Positions 14,096 through 23,834 of a stretch of 64,000 nucleotides of DNA are shown here, piece after piece (the first letter of the stretch is position 1; each line of letters starts with the position of its first letter). Location of the stretch: positions 960,001 through 1,024,000 of the forward strand of contig CAXXOA010000001.1 of NCBI GenBank assembly GCA_963666275.2, in the 5' to 3' direction. The notes beneath the pieces were generated by a model, which searched no databases, was not told where the DNA came from, and saw only the letters and a list, made by a program, of their open reading frames with translations. The translations under genes and the position numbers were made by a program. The DNA is from Oceanispirochaeta sp. GTDB taxonomy: Bacteria; Spirochaetota; Spirochaetia; DSM-2461.

Positions 14096-14319
14096 TATTA
14101 TTATTTATCCCTTGGTTGCAGAGGCGAGCAGTAAATCTCTGATTTACGACCAGCCTTTAAGATATAATTTTTATTCTGCTTTGAATTGTAGATATATTGC
14201 GAGAGCGAAGCGGAAGCATATTCAGCAATTCAAAAATTGCAGAAATAAATTATATCGTGTTATTTATAGAAATTAGCAGTTAATTCTGTTGATTATATAT
14301 AGTGTGCTTCTACACACAA

Positions 14320-14427
14320 TCCAGTGGCTATAGCGTTGAGGTTATACCCGTTCCCATCCCGAACACGGAAGTCAAGCTCAACTGCGCCGATGGTACTGCT
14401 ACGGTGGGAGAGTAGGTCGTCGCTGGT
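14320..14427 (+). rRNA. rrf: 5S rRNA
   Basis: CCCGTTCCCATCCCGAACACGGAAGTCAAG, GATGGTACTG, GGGAGAGTAGGTCG. Confidence 0.97.
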
Positions 14428-14432
14428 TTATT

Positions 14433-14463
14433 AAACCCTCAGTCTTAGGACTGAGGGTTTTTT
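14433..14463 (+). terminator. rRNA operon terminator
   Basis: AAACCCTCAGTC-ttag-GACTGAGGGTTT plus T-run. Confidence 0.9.
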
Positions 14464-14477
14464 ATTTTATAAAATGC

Positions 14478-15458
14478 TTAAGGTTTATAGTACTGGGGAT
14501 AGAGCTTTTTGGCGCAGTCGGGGCAGATACTATGACTGAATTCCACTTCTGAATGCTGGGACATATAGGTTTCTATCTGATTCCAGTATCCTTCATCATC
14601 GCGGATTTTTTTACAGCTGCAGCAGATCGGAAGCATGCCTTTCAGAGTCTTAACTTTTTCAAGGGCATCTTCCAGTTCCGTTATGAGATCCTCCCGGGTC
14701 TGTTCGGCCTGTTTCCTCTGTGTTATATCAGTATTGCTGCCTCGTCTTCCCATAAATTCACCGGAAGGGGAGAATACGGGTTGGCATACATGCTCGATCC
14801 AGCGAAGTTCTCCTGATTTATTTCTTATCATAAATTCCAGATGGAGCGGATCTTCAGTGTTTCTGTTATGATTTTTCAGATTTGACTTTGATTCATCCGT
14901 TTCTATTATGTCATACAGTAGATCGGGATTTTCCAGGAATTCCTGCCTTGTATATCCTGTTATCCTCAGGCATGAAGGAGACATATATTCCATAATATCA
15001 TCCTGATTGATCCATGTTTCCCAGTTCCGCGTGTAATCAGCAACGGTTCTGAACCGGATTTCACTTTCCTGAAGTTTTTTCTCCATATCATATTTATAAA
15101 AGGCAATTTCCAGGCTGATTGTAAGATCTTCCAGTCGGACAGGTTTTCTCAAGTATCCGAAAGGGCTGGATTTTTTGGCCTTAACAATTGTATCCTGATC
15201 AGAATATGCTGTAAGGAATATGATGGGGATACCCAGTTTTTCAGATATCATACCGGCCGCTTCTGTTCCGTCCATAGGACCTTTCAGGTTGATATCCATA
15301 ATAACCATCTCAGCTCCGGTCTCTTCCGCCTTTTCAAGAGCTTCTTCTCCATAGCGGAGACAGCCGACTATGTCATATCCTATTCTTTTCAGTTTAATTT
15401 TCAGGTCGGTACTGACAACCACTTCGTCTTCAACAATCAAAATCTTACGTTCTTTCAT
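14478..15458 (-). CDS. Response regulator REC-PAS with C-terminal Cys/His motif domain
   Basis: ILIVEDE, MDINL, FLTAY, YLRKP; PAS with PAC motif; tail LPICCSCKKIRDDEGYW...SHSICPDC; start moved to ATG 15458. Confidence 0.85.
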   Translation of the reverse strand: MKERKILIVEDEVVVSTDLKIKLKRIGYDIVGCLRYGEEALEKAEETGAEMVIMDINLKGPMDGTEAAGMISEKLGIPIIFLTAYSDQDTIVKAKKSSPFGYLRKPVRLEDLTISLEIAFYKYDMEKKLQESEIRFRTVADYTRNWETWINQDDIMEYMSPSCLRITGYTRQEFLENPDLLYDIIETDESKSNLKNHNRNTEDPLHLEFMIRNKSGELRWIEHVCQPVFSPSGEFMGRRGSNTDITQRKQAEQTREDLITELEDALEKVKTLKGMLPICCSCKKIRDDEGYWNQIETYMSQHSEVEFSHSICPDCAKKLYPQYYKP

Positions 15459-15472
15459 TTTCCGCCTGCCTG

Positions 15473-18400
15473 TTAAATTTTCCACTCGATTGTCCAGCGG
15501 GTACCGTGGCTTGTATCCAGCGACCAACTGCCTTCCAGCTGTTCTTCAATCAAATCTTTGACAAGGAGTAAACCAAGAGAGTTCAAATTGTTAAGATCAG
15601 TATCCTCGGGTATACCTTTTCCATTATCTTCTATCGTAGCTTTTATGCCCCTGTCAGGGCTTTGTTCCACTTCGATCCTGAAAATCCCGTTTTTCATGTC
15701 CCCATAGGCATGTTTCAACGAGTTCGTCAGGAGTTCCGTCACAATCAGTCCCAATGGGACAACATACTGTATTTCCAGTTCCAGGTTATACGCTGACACC
15801 TGAACACTGATGGAATTGCCATAGAACATATAATGCATCTGATCGCTCAGCTTTTCAAGGTAACTCTGCATATCAATTTTATTGAGACTTCCTGATTGAT
15901 AGAGAACCTCATGAACCAGCGACATGGATCTGACACGATTCTGGGCCTCGGTGAAGGCATCTTTTGCAGCCATATCGGTAATTTTCTCAGACTGCAGGCT
16001 CAGCAGACTTGTGACCACCTGCATATTATTTTTTACACGGTGGTGAATCTCCTTCAGAAGGATTTCTTTTTCCTGCAGAGCTTTTCTTATTTCTTCTTCC
16101 GATTGTTTCATGCTTGTAATATCGATCCTGAATCCCACAGTGCTTCCATCGCGCATTTTTTTTTCTTTAATCCGCATCCATCTGCTGTCCTTTAATCTCA
16201 GAACAAGACTGTTCTGCCCTGATCTGTGGTGCTGAATCCTTTCACTGATCCACTTTTCCGGATCGTCGGCTGCAGCGGGAATTTCTCCCCTATCAACCCG
16301 CATACGGGTTATGTCCTCAAAACTCATGTTCCTGAATTTTCTGATATCTTCCGATGGGATGAAATCCATATATTTTGCATTGGAATATATGAGTTTATCC
16401 TCACTGTTATATATGGAAAAACCTTCATCAATTGTTTCTATGGCTGTTAAAAGCTGTTCTTCAATATTCTCTCTTTCTGTTGAAAGTTTAATTCGCTCCA
16501 GAATCAGGACTGTTTCGGATAAAATAGCTTCAATGCTGTACTTGGTATGCCTGGAAAATTCATTCCGGATTGTTGAAGCAATATTCAAACAGCCTATGAG
16601 TTCTCCATCAATGACAAATGGCAGAATCCCGGTTGCCTTCAGGCCAATGGACAGCCGTTCCTCTTTTTCCGCTGGAGAGAGGAATTTAATGGCCTCCAGA
16701 AGGTCCTCATAGCTGAGGAATAGAGGTTTTCCTTTCATTACTATTTTAAATTGACCGGATTCTCTGGCGTAGGAGGAAGATATTCGTATAAATGTTTCGG
16801 CCAATCCCCTGTGTGACTTCATATCCAGCTCCAGAGAATCCGTGTCGGGATTATACAGATAGATCCCTCCCGCTGTTACATCGGATATATTCAGAATGGC
16901 ATGTAGCGTTTCTTTCAGAGCTTCCAGAACAGTATTGGAATTCCCGAGTACCAGGCTGAGATCTCTCTGTATCTCAAGGAGTTCTTCCGTATGTTTGTAC
17001 TCTGTGATATCGATGGCCAGAGAGAGCAGATAAAGTAGTGATTTTTCCTCATTATCAAAAACCGGGATAATTTTGATCTGGAAGATCTTTTCTTCATCTT
17101 CGGGATTCCAGGAAATCCGGATTGTTTCCTGCTTCATCTGATGAGTTTCTATGACATGCTTCTTCAGCTGTTCCAGGGGAAAATTCTGTTCTTCCGTCAG
17201 TAGCTCCTGAGTATTTTTTCCCTGAATATCCTCCCGGGGAAGATTGAAAAAGTGTTCAGCTGCTTTGTTTACACGGATGTATTTCAATGTGTTTACATCC
17301 TGAACAAATACCGCATCCGGTATGTTTTCTATAATGGATGAAAGGAAGATTTCCTGTTCTTTTAATTTCTTCTCTGCAGCGACGCGGTCTGTGATACTAT
17401 GTGCAATTCCCAGAACACCAAGCAGATCCCCCTGGCTGTTATAGAAGGGAGTTTTTGTCGTTTCCAGTATTTCCCCACAGCCCTCAGATGCAAATACAAC
17501 CTGTTCTTCACTTTTCTGGGGGCTGCCTCTATGGATAGCTTCTCTGTCATTTCGTCTGAAAAAATCTGCCAGTTTTTCCGGCATAAAATCATAATCTCTT
17601 TTTCCCAGCATCTGAGATTCTTTGACTCCCAGAAAGGATTCAAAGGCAGGGTTGCAGCCAAGATAGGAGCCATCAGGATCTTTAATCCAGAGCAGATCAG
17701 GTATGCTGTTGAATATGGTCCGCAGCTGGATTTCATTTTCTGCCAGTTTTTTTGCCTTTATTGAAACCACTCTCTGCAGCTGTAAGTTCCAGAGAAGGAT
17801 AGACAGAAGCAGAAGAACTGAGAATACAAGGAGTCCAATGAACACAGAGAGGTTCCTTTCAAAAAAAGATTTCTCTCTGAAAGGGGTTGAACCCAGCCAT
17901 TTCTCTGTAATCCTGTCTATCGTCCCTGTTTCCCATGCCCTGTTCACACCTTTATTCAGAATCGACTGAAGGATCTTATTTCCGTCCCTGGTAGCCATAC
18001 AGTTCTGCCCGGTGTAAAGCGGTGGATCCACCATCTTCAAATGGTCAAGAAGATCATGTTTATAGAGTTCGTAAGTCACTACCTGCTGATCCCCAATAAG
18101 GGAATCAGCCTTCCCGTCGATTACAGCAAAAATGGCTTCTTCAAAAGATTCTGTGGGGTAGAGAATAAAATTGATATTTCCGGATTTAAGAAACTCTTCT
18201 GCATAGTCTCCCCGCTGAATGGCAATTCTTTTCCCTTCCAGGTCATTGACAGTCCTGATTTCAGACTGGCCGCCAGAAACAAATATCTGACCGGGAACCT
18301 GCCAGATCATGGGGGTAAAATTGAAGAGAGTCTCCCGCTGGCTGCTGTAGAAAAAACTTGTAAGAACATCCGCCCGGCCGTCCAGCACTGACTGCTGCGC

Positions 18401-18682
18401 CTCCAGAAAGGGCATATCTATGAAATCGGCTTTTATTCCCATTTCCGTGGCGATCCACCGGGCCAGTTCGATCATCATGCCGTCACTTCGCTTATTCTCA
18501 TTGATAAATTCGAAAGGGGGGTAGTCCGACTGGCTCACAAAGGTAATCTGTCTATGCTCTGACAGCCATTTTTTTTCACTTTCCGTCAGCAGAATTCCAG
18601 ACTGGCCTGATATTGCCGTTTCCATTAGAAAGAGAAAAAATATCAGAATGAAAATTCTGCCGAAACCGAGTGTCTTTGCCAT
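15473..18682 (-). CDS. Sensor histidine kinase: periplasmic SBP, TM, PAS-PAS-GAF-PAS, HisKA_2-type kinase
   Basis: SDYPPFEF (family 3 SBP), PAS motifs, KEIHHRVKNNMQ H-box, ELLTNSLKHA, DNGKG, SLGL; start approximate. Confidence 0.9.
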   Translation of the reverse strand: MAKTLGFGRIFILIFFLFLMETAISGQSGILLTESEKKWLSEHRQITFVSQSDYPPFEFINENKRSDGMMIELARWIATEMGIKADFIDMPFLEAQQSVLDGRADVLTSFFYSSQRETLFNFTPMIWQVPGQIFVSGGQSEIRTVNDLEGKRIAIQRGDYAEEFLKSGNINFILYPTESFEEAIFAVIDGKADSLIGDQQVVTYELYKHDLLDHLKMVDPPLYTGQNCMATRDGNKILQSILNKGVNRAWETGTIDRITEKWLGSTPFREKSFFERNLSVFIGLLVFSVLLLLSILLWNLQLQRVVSIKAKKLAENEIQLRTIFNSIPDLLWIKDPDGSYLGCNPAFESFLGVKESQMLGKRDYDFMPEKLADFFRRNDREAIHRGSPQKSEEQVVFASEGCGEILETTKTPFYNSQGDLLGVLGIAHSITDRVAAEKKLKEQEIFLSSIIENIPDAVFVQDVNTLKYIRVNKAAEHFFNLPREDIQGKNTQELLTEEQNFPLEQLKKHVIETHQMKQETIRISWNPEDEEKIFQIKIIPVFDNEEKSLLYLLSLAIDITEYKHTEELLEIQRDLSLVLGNSNTVLEALKETLHAILNISDVTAGGIYLYNPDTDSLELDMKSHRGLAETFIRISSSYARESGQFKIVMKGKPLFLSYEDLLEAIKFLSPAEKEERLSIGLKATGILPFVIDGELIGCLNIASTIRNEFSRHTKYSIEAILSETVLILERIKLSTERENIEEQLLTAIETIDEGFSIYNSEDKLIYSNAKYMDFIPSEDIRKFRNMSFEDITRMRVDRGEIPAAADDPEKWISERIQHHRSGQNSLVLRLKDSRWMRIKEKKMRDGSTVGFRIDITSMKQSEEEIRKALQEKEILLKEIHHRVKNNMQVVTSLLSLQSEKITDMAAKDAFTEAQNRVRSMSLVHEVLYQSGSLNKIDMQSYLEKLSDQMHYMFYGNSISVQVSAYNLELEIQYVVPLGLIVTELLTNSLKHAYGDMKNGIFRIEVEQSPDRGIKATIEDNGKGIPEDTDLNNLNSLGLLLVKDLIEEQLEGSWSLDTSHGTRWTIEWKI

Positions 18683-18788
18683 ATGAGATCTCTTACAACT
18701 TTTTATAATTTCAGCATGCAAAAATTAACAATGAATCATGCTGTCATTTCAAGTCTAGTGTAATCTCAGGCGGCAGGAAAGAAAAAAA

Positions 18789-19634
18789 TTATTCTGCGGG
18801 TAGTATGATCACAACTTTACCCTGTCTGAGTAGTTCTCTGTTGTGTTCGGAACCGGTTAATATAGCTGAGGCTTCCTCAGAAAGAACCAGATCAGTTTTT
18901 TTGGTGCCGTATATGGCTCTGGCCATGGTGCGGTAGGGGTATACGCCGATCCGTTCGGATATATTTGCAATATTGCTGCTGTAACTGTACCCTGCATTTC
19001 CCCAGTGACTCAGAGCATCGGGATAAACCATCTCCATGCTGTGAATCTCTTTTCCTTCGGGAGTGAATAAACGGGGGAATAGACAGGGCATTAGATTGAC
19101 CTCCCTGTCGGAGGAATCAATCCAGGGTAGGGGATCGGCGGCATAGATAACTATGCCTGTGAACTCGTCGTTGGGAACATACCTGGGATTGACAGGATAG
19201 GAGTAGGGGGAGTCGTGATGAATCAGGAGGTCAGAGACATGGGGGAAAAGAGCCAGTTCATACCTGACAGTCAGAAACTTCCGATCCGCTGTGGCGGTGG
19301 TGAAAATTTTCTGCATGACCTCTGATAGGTTTTCCAGTTTTCTCAGGAGGACAGGTTCGCGTTCCACCAGATCCTCCAGGGTATTGGAGGAGTTGACGAT
19401 CAGAGGCAGCAGGACTTCACCTGTTGTAACCGGAGTTTCCCTTATTATCATCTGCTCTGTTTTGTATCGTCCCGTGGGCTGATTGGACTCTTCGCTGATG
19501 GGAGCGGTCATGTCCAGCTGAAGTACTTTCTTTTCCCAGTTGACCTCGGTTTCTATGTCGATTTCCCGGGCGGACAGGGATAGGATCAGAGATAAAAAGA
19601 GAAGGGCTGATAAACATTGTCTGAGCATGATCAC
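18789..19634 (-). CDS. Exported hypothetical protein
   Basis: Signal peptide (LSA-R); overlaps mltD stop; no family recognised. Confidence 0.7.
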   Translation of the reverse strand: MIMLRQCLSALLFLSLILSLSAREIDIETEVNWEKKVLQLDMTAPISEESNQPTGRYKTEQMIIRETPVTTGEVLLPLIVNSSNTLEDLVEREPVLLRKLENLSEVMQKIFTTATADRKFLTVRYELALFPHVSDLLIHHDSPYSYPVNPRYVPNDEFTGIVIYAADPLPWIDSSDREVNLMPCLFPRLFTPEGKEIHSMEMVYPDALSHWGNAGYSYSSNIANISERIGVYPYRTMARAIYGTKKTDLVLSEEASAILTGSEHNRELLRQGKVVIILPAE

Positions 19635-20935
19635 TCTCCCTGCTGCGGTACGGTCAATTTCATACCCGGTACTATGGTGGACTCAAGGGGCATCCCGTTG
19701 CCGGCGGCGATCTCTTCGGGGCTGGTCTTATGGAGCATCGCAATTTTCCACAGAGAATCGCCGGGCTGGACTGTATAAAGCCCTGTCCAGCCGCTTGTAT
19801 CCCCGTCACTGAGATAGCCCGGTTTATCCGGTATGGATAGATCAACAACCGGGACGAGGAGGACCTGACCGATCCTCAGGTAACGACTCTCCACTCCGGG
19901 GTTGTACTCTTTTATATAGGCAATGGGGATCCTGTACCACTCGGCAATTTCCGAAAGGGTATCTCCCGACTGGATACAGTACCTTTTAAATGTGATCAGT
20001 TCAGTGTTCTCCGAGAGGATTTTCTCCACCTGAAGGGAGTATTTCGCAGGTACCTTCAGATAGTATCTGTCTGTGGGAGGAGGAGTGACTCCGTAGTTTA
20101 ACTCCCTGTGGGCATCCATCAGAAGGGGGAGGGGGATCTCCGCTTTTTCCGCAAGACGTCTGAGGTCTACACTCCGGGTCAGGGGGATTCGGGTCCATCC
20201 TTCATGGATCTCCCAGTCCAGAGGGAGTCCGGCCAGTGAGCGGGATTCGCAGAGTATCGCCACCGCTGCCAGTTTGGGGATATAGTTCCCTGTCTCTCTG
20301 GGCAGGAGACCTTTCTCCTTGAGCTGCCAGTAGTCATTCAGGCCGCTGGCACTGACAGTCCTCGTCATTTTATTCAGACCGCAGTTATAGGCTGCCAGAG
20401 CCAGGAGCCAATCCCCGGTTTTCTGATAATTGTATTCCAGTTTATCCAGTGCCCCCTGAGTGGACCGCCAGAAATCCCTTCTGTCGTCCCGCCAGGCATC
20501 CACTGTTATATCGTAGGGATCTATGCTGTTCATCATAAACTGCCATAAACCGGCGGCTCCCGAGCGGGAATAGGCATCTGTTCTGTAGGCGGATTCTATA
20601 AGGGGCAGATAAATGATTTCATAGGGCATCTCTTTTCTTTCAAGTTCGCTCTGTATGAAATCCCAGTAGGGCTGGGCTCTGTCAAGGCATCGGATAAGAT
20701 AGTCCCTTCCCGGGCCTTTACCGAAATATTCAAGATATTCCGCAATGGAGGGGTGATCCAGGACCGGTTGAGTCCATTGGCTTATATGCCTGTGTCTGTC
20801 CTGAACCGGCTGGTTGACCGGAACCTTCCCCGCAGGATGTTCTGTATGAGAAAAACTGCTGATTCGGCTTAATACACCCATCAGCAAAAGTAGTGTCAGA
20901 GACGATTTCCGAAGTATATTCCTGCCCATTCCCAT
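19631..20935 (-). CDS. mltD: Lytic murein transglycosylase with two LysM domains
   Basis: IESAY, GAAGLWQFM, LAAYNCG, PRETGNYIPK; LysM motifs IQSGDTLSEIA and VQPGDSLWKIA. Confidence 0.88.
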   Translation of the reverse strand: MGMGRNILRKSSLTLLLLMGVLSRISSFSHTEHPAGKVPVNQPVQDRHRHISQWTQPVLDHPSIAEYLEYFGKGPGRDYLIRCLDRAQPYWDFIQSELERKEMPYEIIYLPLIESAYRTDAYSRSGAAGLWQFMMNSIDPYDITVDAWRDDRRDFWRSTQGALDKLEYNYQKTGDWLLALAAYNCGLNKMTRTVSASGLNDYWQLKEKGLLPRETGNYIPKLAAVAILCESRSLAGLPLDWEIHEGWTRIPLTRSVDLRRLAEKAEIPLPLLMDAHRELNYGVTPPPTDRYYLKVPAKYSLQVEKILSENTELITFKRYCIQSGDTLSEIAEWYRIPIAYIKEYNPGVESRYLRIGQVLLVPVVDLSIPDKPGYLSDGDTSGWTGLYTVQPGDSLWKIAMLHKTSPEEIAAGNGMPLESTIVPGMKLTVPQQGE

Positions 20936-21942
20936 CTACCGTTGATTTCCGGATCAATCGGATATCTGATACGTTTAAAATAGAGGTACCAGATGTTGAT
21001 CCTGTAGGACCATCCGCCGGTTCTCAGGTACGCTTCTTCTTCATTGGCACCTGGTTCCAGATTTCTATTATACCAGACAGAGGATTTCAGGAAATACCCC
21101 AGCTCCATGGGGATCTGGGTAAAGGGGTCGTAACGGTCCTGTCCCCAGCTCATCATGAAAAAATCTTCTGCCTTATATACATTTAATCGGCTGCTGCTTC
21201 TTGTGTAGATAGCATATTTTATGGAATTCACAAGACTGTCCAGAGACTCTCTTGTCCAGTCTTTCCTGGAATAGTGGAATTTCAGATAATGACTGACCTC
21301 ATTATAGACATTCGGTTCCCCCGGTATTGTGGTCACCGGTGCTTCCAGGAATTTGGTATAACTGTCGATTGATTCCTCCCAGAGTCCTTCTTCTTCGTAG
21401 GCTCTGGCCAGTCTGTAGAGGATCAGTCCCCGGTCTATATCTGAAGGGAACCGGGATATGAGTTCCTGATAATAGTCTATTTTCTGAAGAGTCGGAGGAT
21501 TGCCGGCAATCAGTTTGTTCAGAGTATACAGATGGATGGAACTGCCTTTGATAATAAGGTCATCAAAGTAGGTCAGCTGTCTGTTGAAATAGACAGAGGC
21601 CGTCTCCCATGCTCCTTCTTCTTCGTAGAGAGTTCCCAGAACGAGGATGTAATAGCAGTTGTAGCTGTCCTGAGGATATTCCCGTATGTACTGATTGAGA
21701 AAGAGCTTGAGTTCCTCTGTGTGATTACCATTCCGGTAGAGGGATATGAGCTGTTCCATGAGTCCGTAGCGCTGTACCTCTCCCGTCTGATTCGGGAGCA
21801 TTTCATAAAGACTCTGGATTTTCTGATCCGTTTCTCTGTTTCCGGTCATCCACAGGGGGGACTGTTCCCGGCTCAGGCATCCTGAAAGGCCTGTGATCAG
21901 AACAAGTATCAGCAGAAAGGGATAAAACTTACGATCTTTCAT
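20896..21942 (-). CDS. TPR-like lipoprotein
   Basis: Lipobox LSGC; helical TPR-like repeats; Trp/Tyr-rich C-terminal domain. Confidence 0.75.
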   Translation of the reverse strand: MKDRKFYPFLLILVLITGLSGCLSREQSPLWMTGNRETDQKIQSLYEMLPNQTGEVQRYGLMEQLISLYRNGNHTEELKLFLNQYIREYPQDSYNCYYILVLGTLYEEEGAWETASVYFNRQLTYFDDLIIKGSSIHLYTLNKLIAGNPPTLQKIDYYQELISRFPSDIDRGLILYRLARAYEEEGLWEESIDSYTKFLEAPVTTIPGEPNVYNEVSHYLKFHYSRKDWTRESLDSLVNSIKYAIYTRSSSRLNVYKAEDFFMMSWGQDRYDPFTQIPMELGYFLKSSVWYNRNLEPGANEEEAYLRTGGWSYRINIWYLYFKRIRYPIDPEINGRWEWAGIYFGNRL

Positions 21943-22037
21943 TTTGAGATGATAATATCACAGGCCGGGGAGATGGGACAAGGAGCGTTTTGGCGAAAAC
22001 CTCCCTGACCCGGACCTTCCCCGGGGCTGTCTGAAAA

Positions 22038-23228
22038 CTAAAATCCTTCGAGCTTCAGAAATGCCTGATTGAACTCCTCGGTATGATCGATATCCGTACC
22101 CGCACCCTGCCACAGAGGTTCTTTTCCTCCGCCGTTACCGTTTATAAGGGGCAGGCATTTCTCACGGAACTGCTCAAAATGAAAACTCCGGTCCCGGGGA
22201 AGATAGAGAGCCCACTGCAGGCGGTTCTCTATCTTCATTGTCAGGAGAAAAGAGATGCCCTCCAGCTGGCTCAGTTTTTTCACAACCTGCCGGAACAGGC
22301 CGGGAGAGCCTTCGGGAATCTCATGAGCAATCAGAGGGGGATAGTGAGTGATGGATTCACTCAGGCTTTTCACCAGGGATTCGGCTGAAAGGTCTTCCAG
22401 TTTCTGAAGTTCATCATTCATGGCTTTTTTCTCCTTCAAAACTTGTTCTATACGGTTTATCAGAGCATCCGTTTCCGCGCTGAGCAGCGTTCCCGCCCGG
22501 GCGGATATGTCATGCTTCTGTCTGTAATCTCTGTAGGCGGGAGTTCCTATCTTCCAGTATAAGCGCAGACGACCGCGGATTCTTTCATTTCCTGTGTATT
22601 TTATAAGTCCCAGCTCCCCTGTCCGGTTGACATGCACACCTGCGCAGGCTGCGGTGTCCAGATCTCCGATCTGAACGAGTCTTATATTTTCCTGTTTATC
22701 TGTTGCCCGGCGGATATGGAAGCGTTCCAGTTCCTCTCTGTCCCTGAGAACCATGGTGGTGACGGGATGATTTTCTCTGACGGCTCTGTTGGCCAGATCT
22801 TCAATGCTCTCCAGTTCCCGGGGGGACAGATCCTCCCTGTCGATCTCTATGGTTGTAGAGTCCTCCCCCAGATGGACAGAAAGGGTATTGATTTCAAAGA
22901 GGGATTTCAAAGCCCAGGAGAGAAGATGCTGTCCTGTATGCTGCACCATGAAATGGTAGCGGTACTCCCAGTCCAGCCGGCCCTTCAGCTCCTTCTGTCC
23001 GGGATCTGATGAAAGGATGTGTATGATCCCCTCATCGGATTTCAGAACATCCTCCACGGTCAGACCCGAAAGGGTCCCCCTGTCGGACGGCTGTCCTCCT
23101 CCCCGGGGATAAAAGAGTGTTCTGTCCAGTGTTATGCGCCATTTCCCGCTCTCTTTTTCACGGGAGATCACTGAGGCGGAAAATTCTGTTTCATAAGGTG
23201 TCTGATAATAGAGTGGTGCCGTGGTCAT
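22038..23228 (-). CDS. Alanyl-tRNA editing protein (AlaX-like, with C-terminal DHHA1-like region)
   Basis: LDRTLFYPRGGGQPSDRG, QHTGQHLLS, CAGVHV, GNGGG. Confidence 0.88.
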   Translation of the reverse strand: MTTAPLYYQTPYETEFSASVISREKESGKWRITLDRTLFYPRGGGQPSDRGTLSGLTVEDVLKSDEGIIHILSSDPGQKELKGRLDWEYRYHFMVQHTGQHLLSWALKSLFEINTLSVHLGEDSTTIEIDREDLSPRELESIEDLANRAVRENHPVTTMVLRDREELERFHIRRATDKQENIRLVQIGDLDTAACAGVHVNRTGELGLIKYTGNERIRGRLRLYWKIGTPAYRDYRQKHDISARAGTLLSAETDALINRIEQVLKEKKAMNDELQKLEDLSAESLVKSLSESITHYPPLIAHEIPEGSPGLFRQVVKKLSQLEGISFLLTMKIENRLQWALYLPRDRSFHFEQFREKCLPLINGNGGGKEPLWQGAGTDIDHTEEFNQAFLKLEGF

Positions 23229-23397
23229 ATATAAAAGATATCAGATGAAAAGCCCGGGTGAAAGAATATTTATCCCTCCGGGCATAGTGAAAATTCACTA
23301 ATTTTGCCTGTTATTCCGAAAACAGGCAGGAATGCCGGGTATGTCTTATAATTAAAAATATCAGAACGCCTGGTGACGTCTGTTCAGGAGGAGCTCT

Positions 23398-23769
23398 ATG
23401 GAAAGTCGGAAAATGGATCATCTGATTAAACTGGAAGAGGCGGGACTGTTTATTGTGACAGTCTATCTGTTCTTCCAGCTGGATTACCCCTGGTGGCTCT
23501 TTCCTCTCCTGCTTTTTCTTCCGGATGTGAGTATCCTCGGGTATATGGTCAATGAAACCACAGGAGCCTATATCTATAATTTTCTGCATCACCGGGGAAT
23601 TGCGGTTATCCTTTATATGGGAGGTGTTCTCCTGACTCAGCCCCTGATGTCCCTGATCGGTCTTATCCTTTTTGCCCACTCCTCTCTGGACCGGATATTC
23701 GGATACGGTCTCAAGCATACAACCGGATTCAGTCATACCCACCTGGGCAGGATCGGCAAAGGGAAATAG
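23398..23769 (+). CDS. DUF4260-like small membrane protein
   Basis: LLLFLPDVSILGY, GAYIYNFLHH, AHSSLDRIFGYGLK, FSHTHLG. Confidence 0.8.
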   Translation: MESRKMDHLIKLEEAGLFIVTVYLFFQLDYPWWLFPLLLFLPDVSILGYMVNETTGAYIYNFLHHRGIAVILYMGGVLLTQPLMSLIGLILFAHSSLDRIFGYGLKHTTGFSHTHLGRIGKGK

Positions 23770-23834
23770 AGAGCCCGGCTCTTCCGGCCTCCCTGAGAAT
23801 TGACTTCCTCTGAAGTGTGGCTACAATAGACTGT

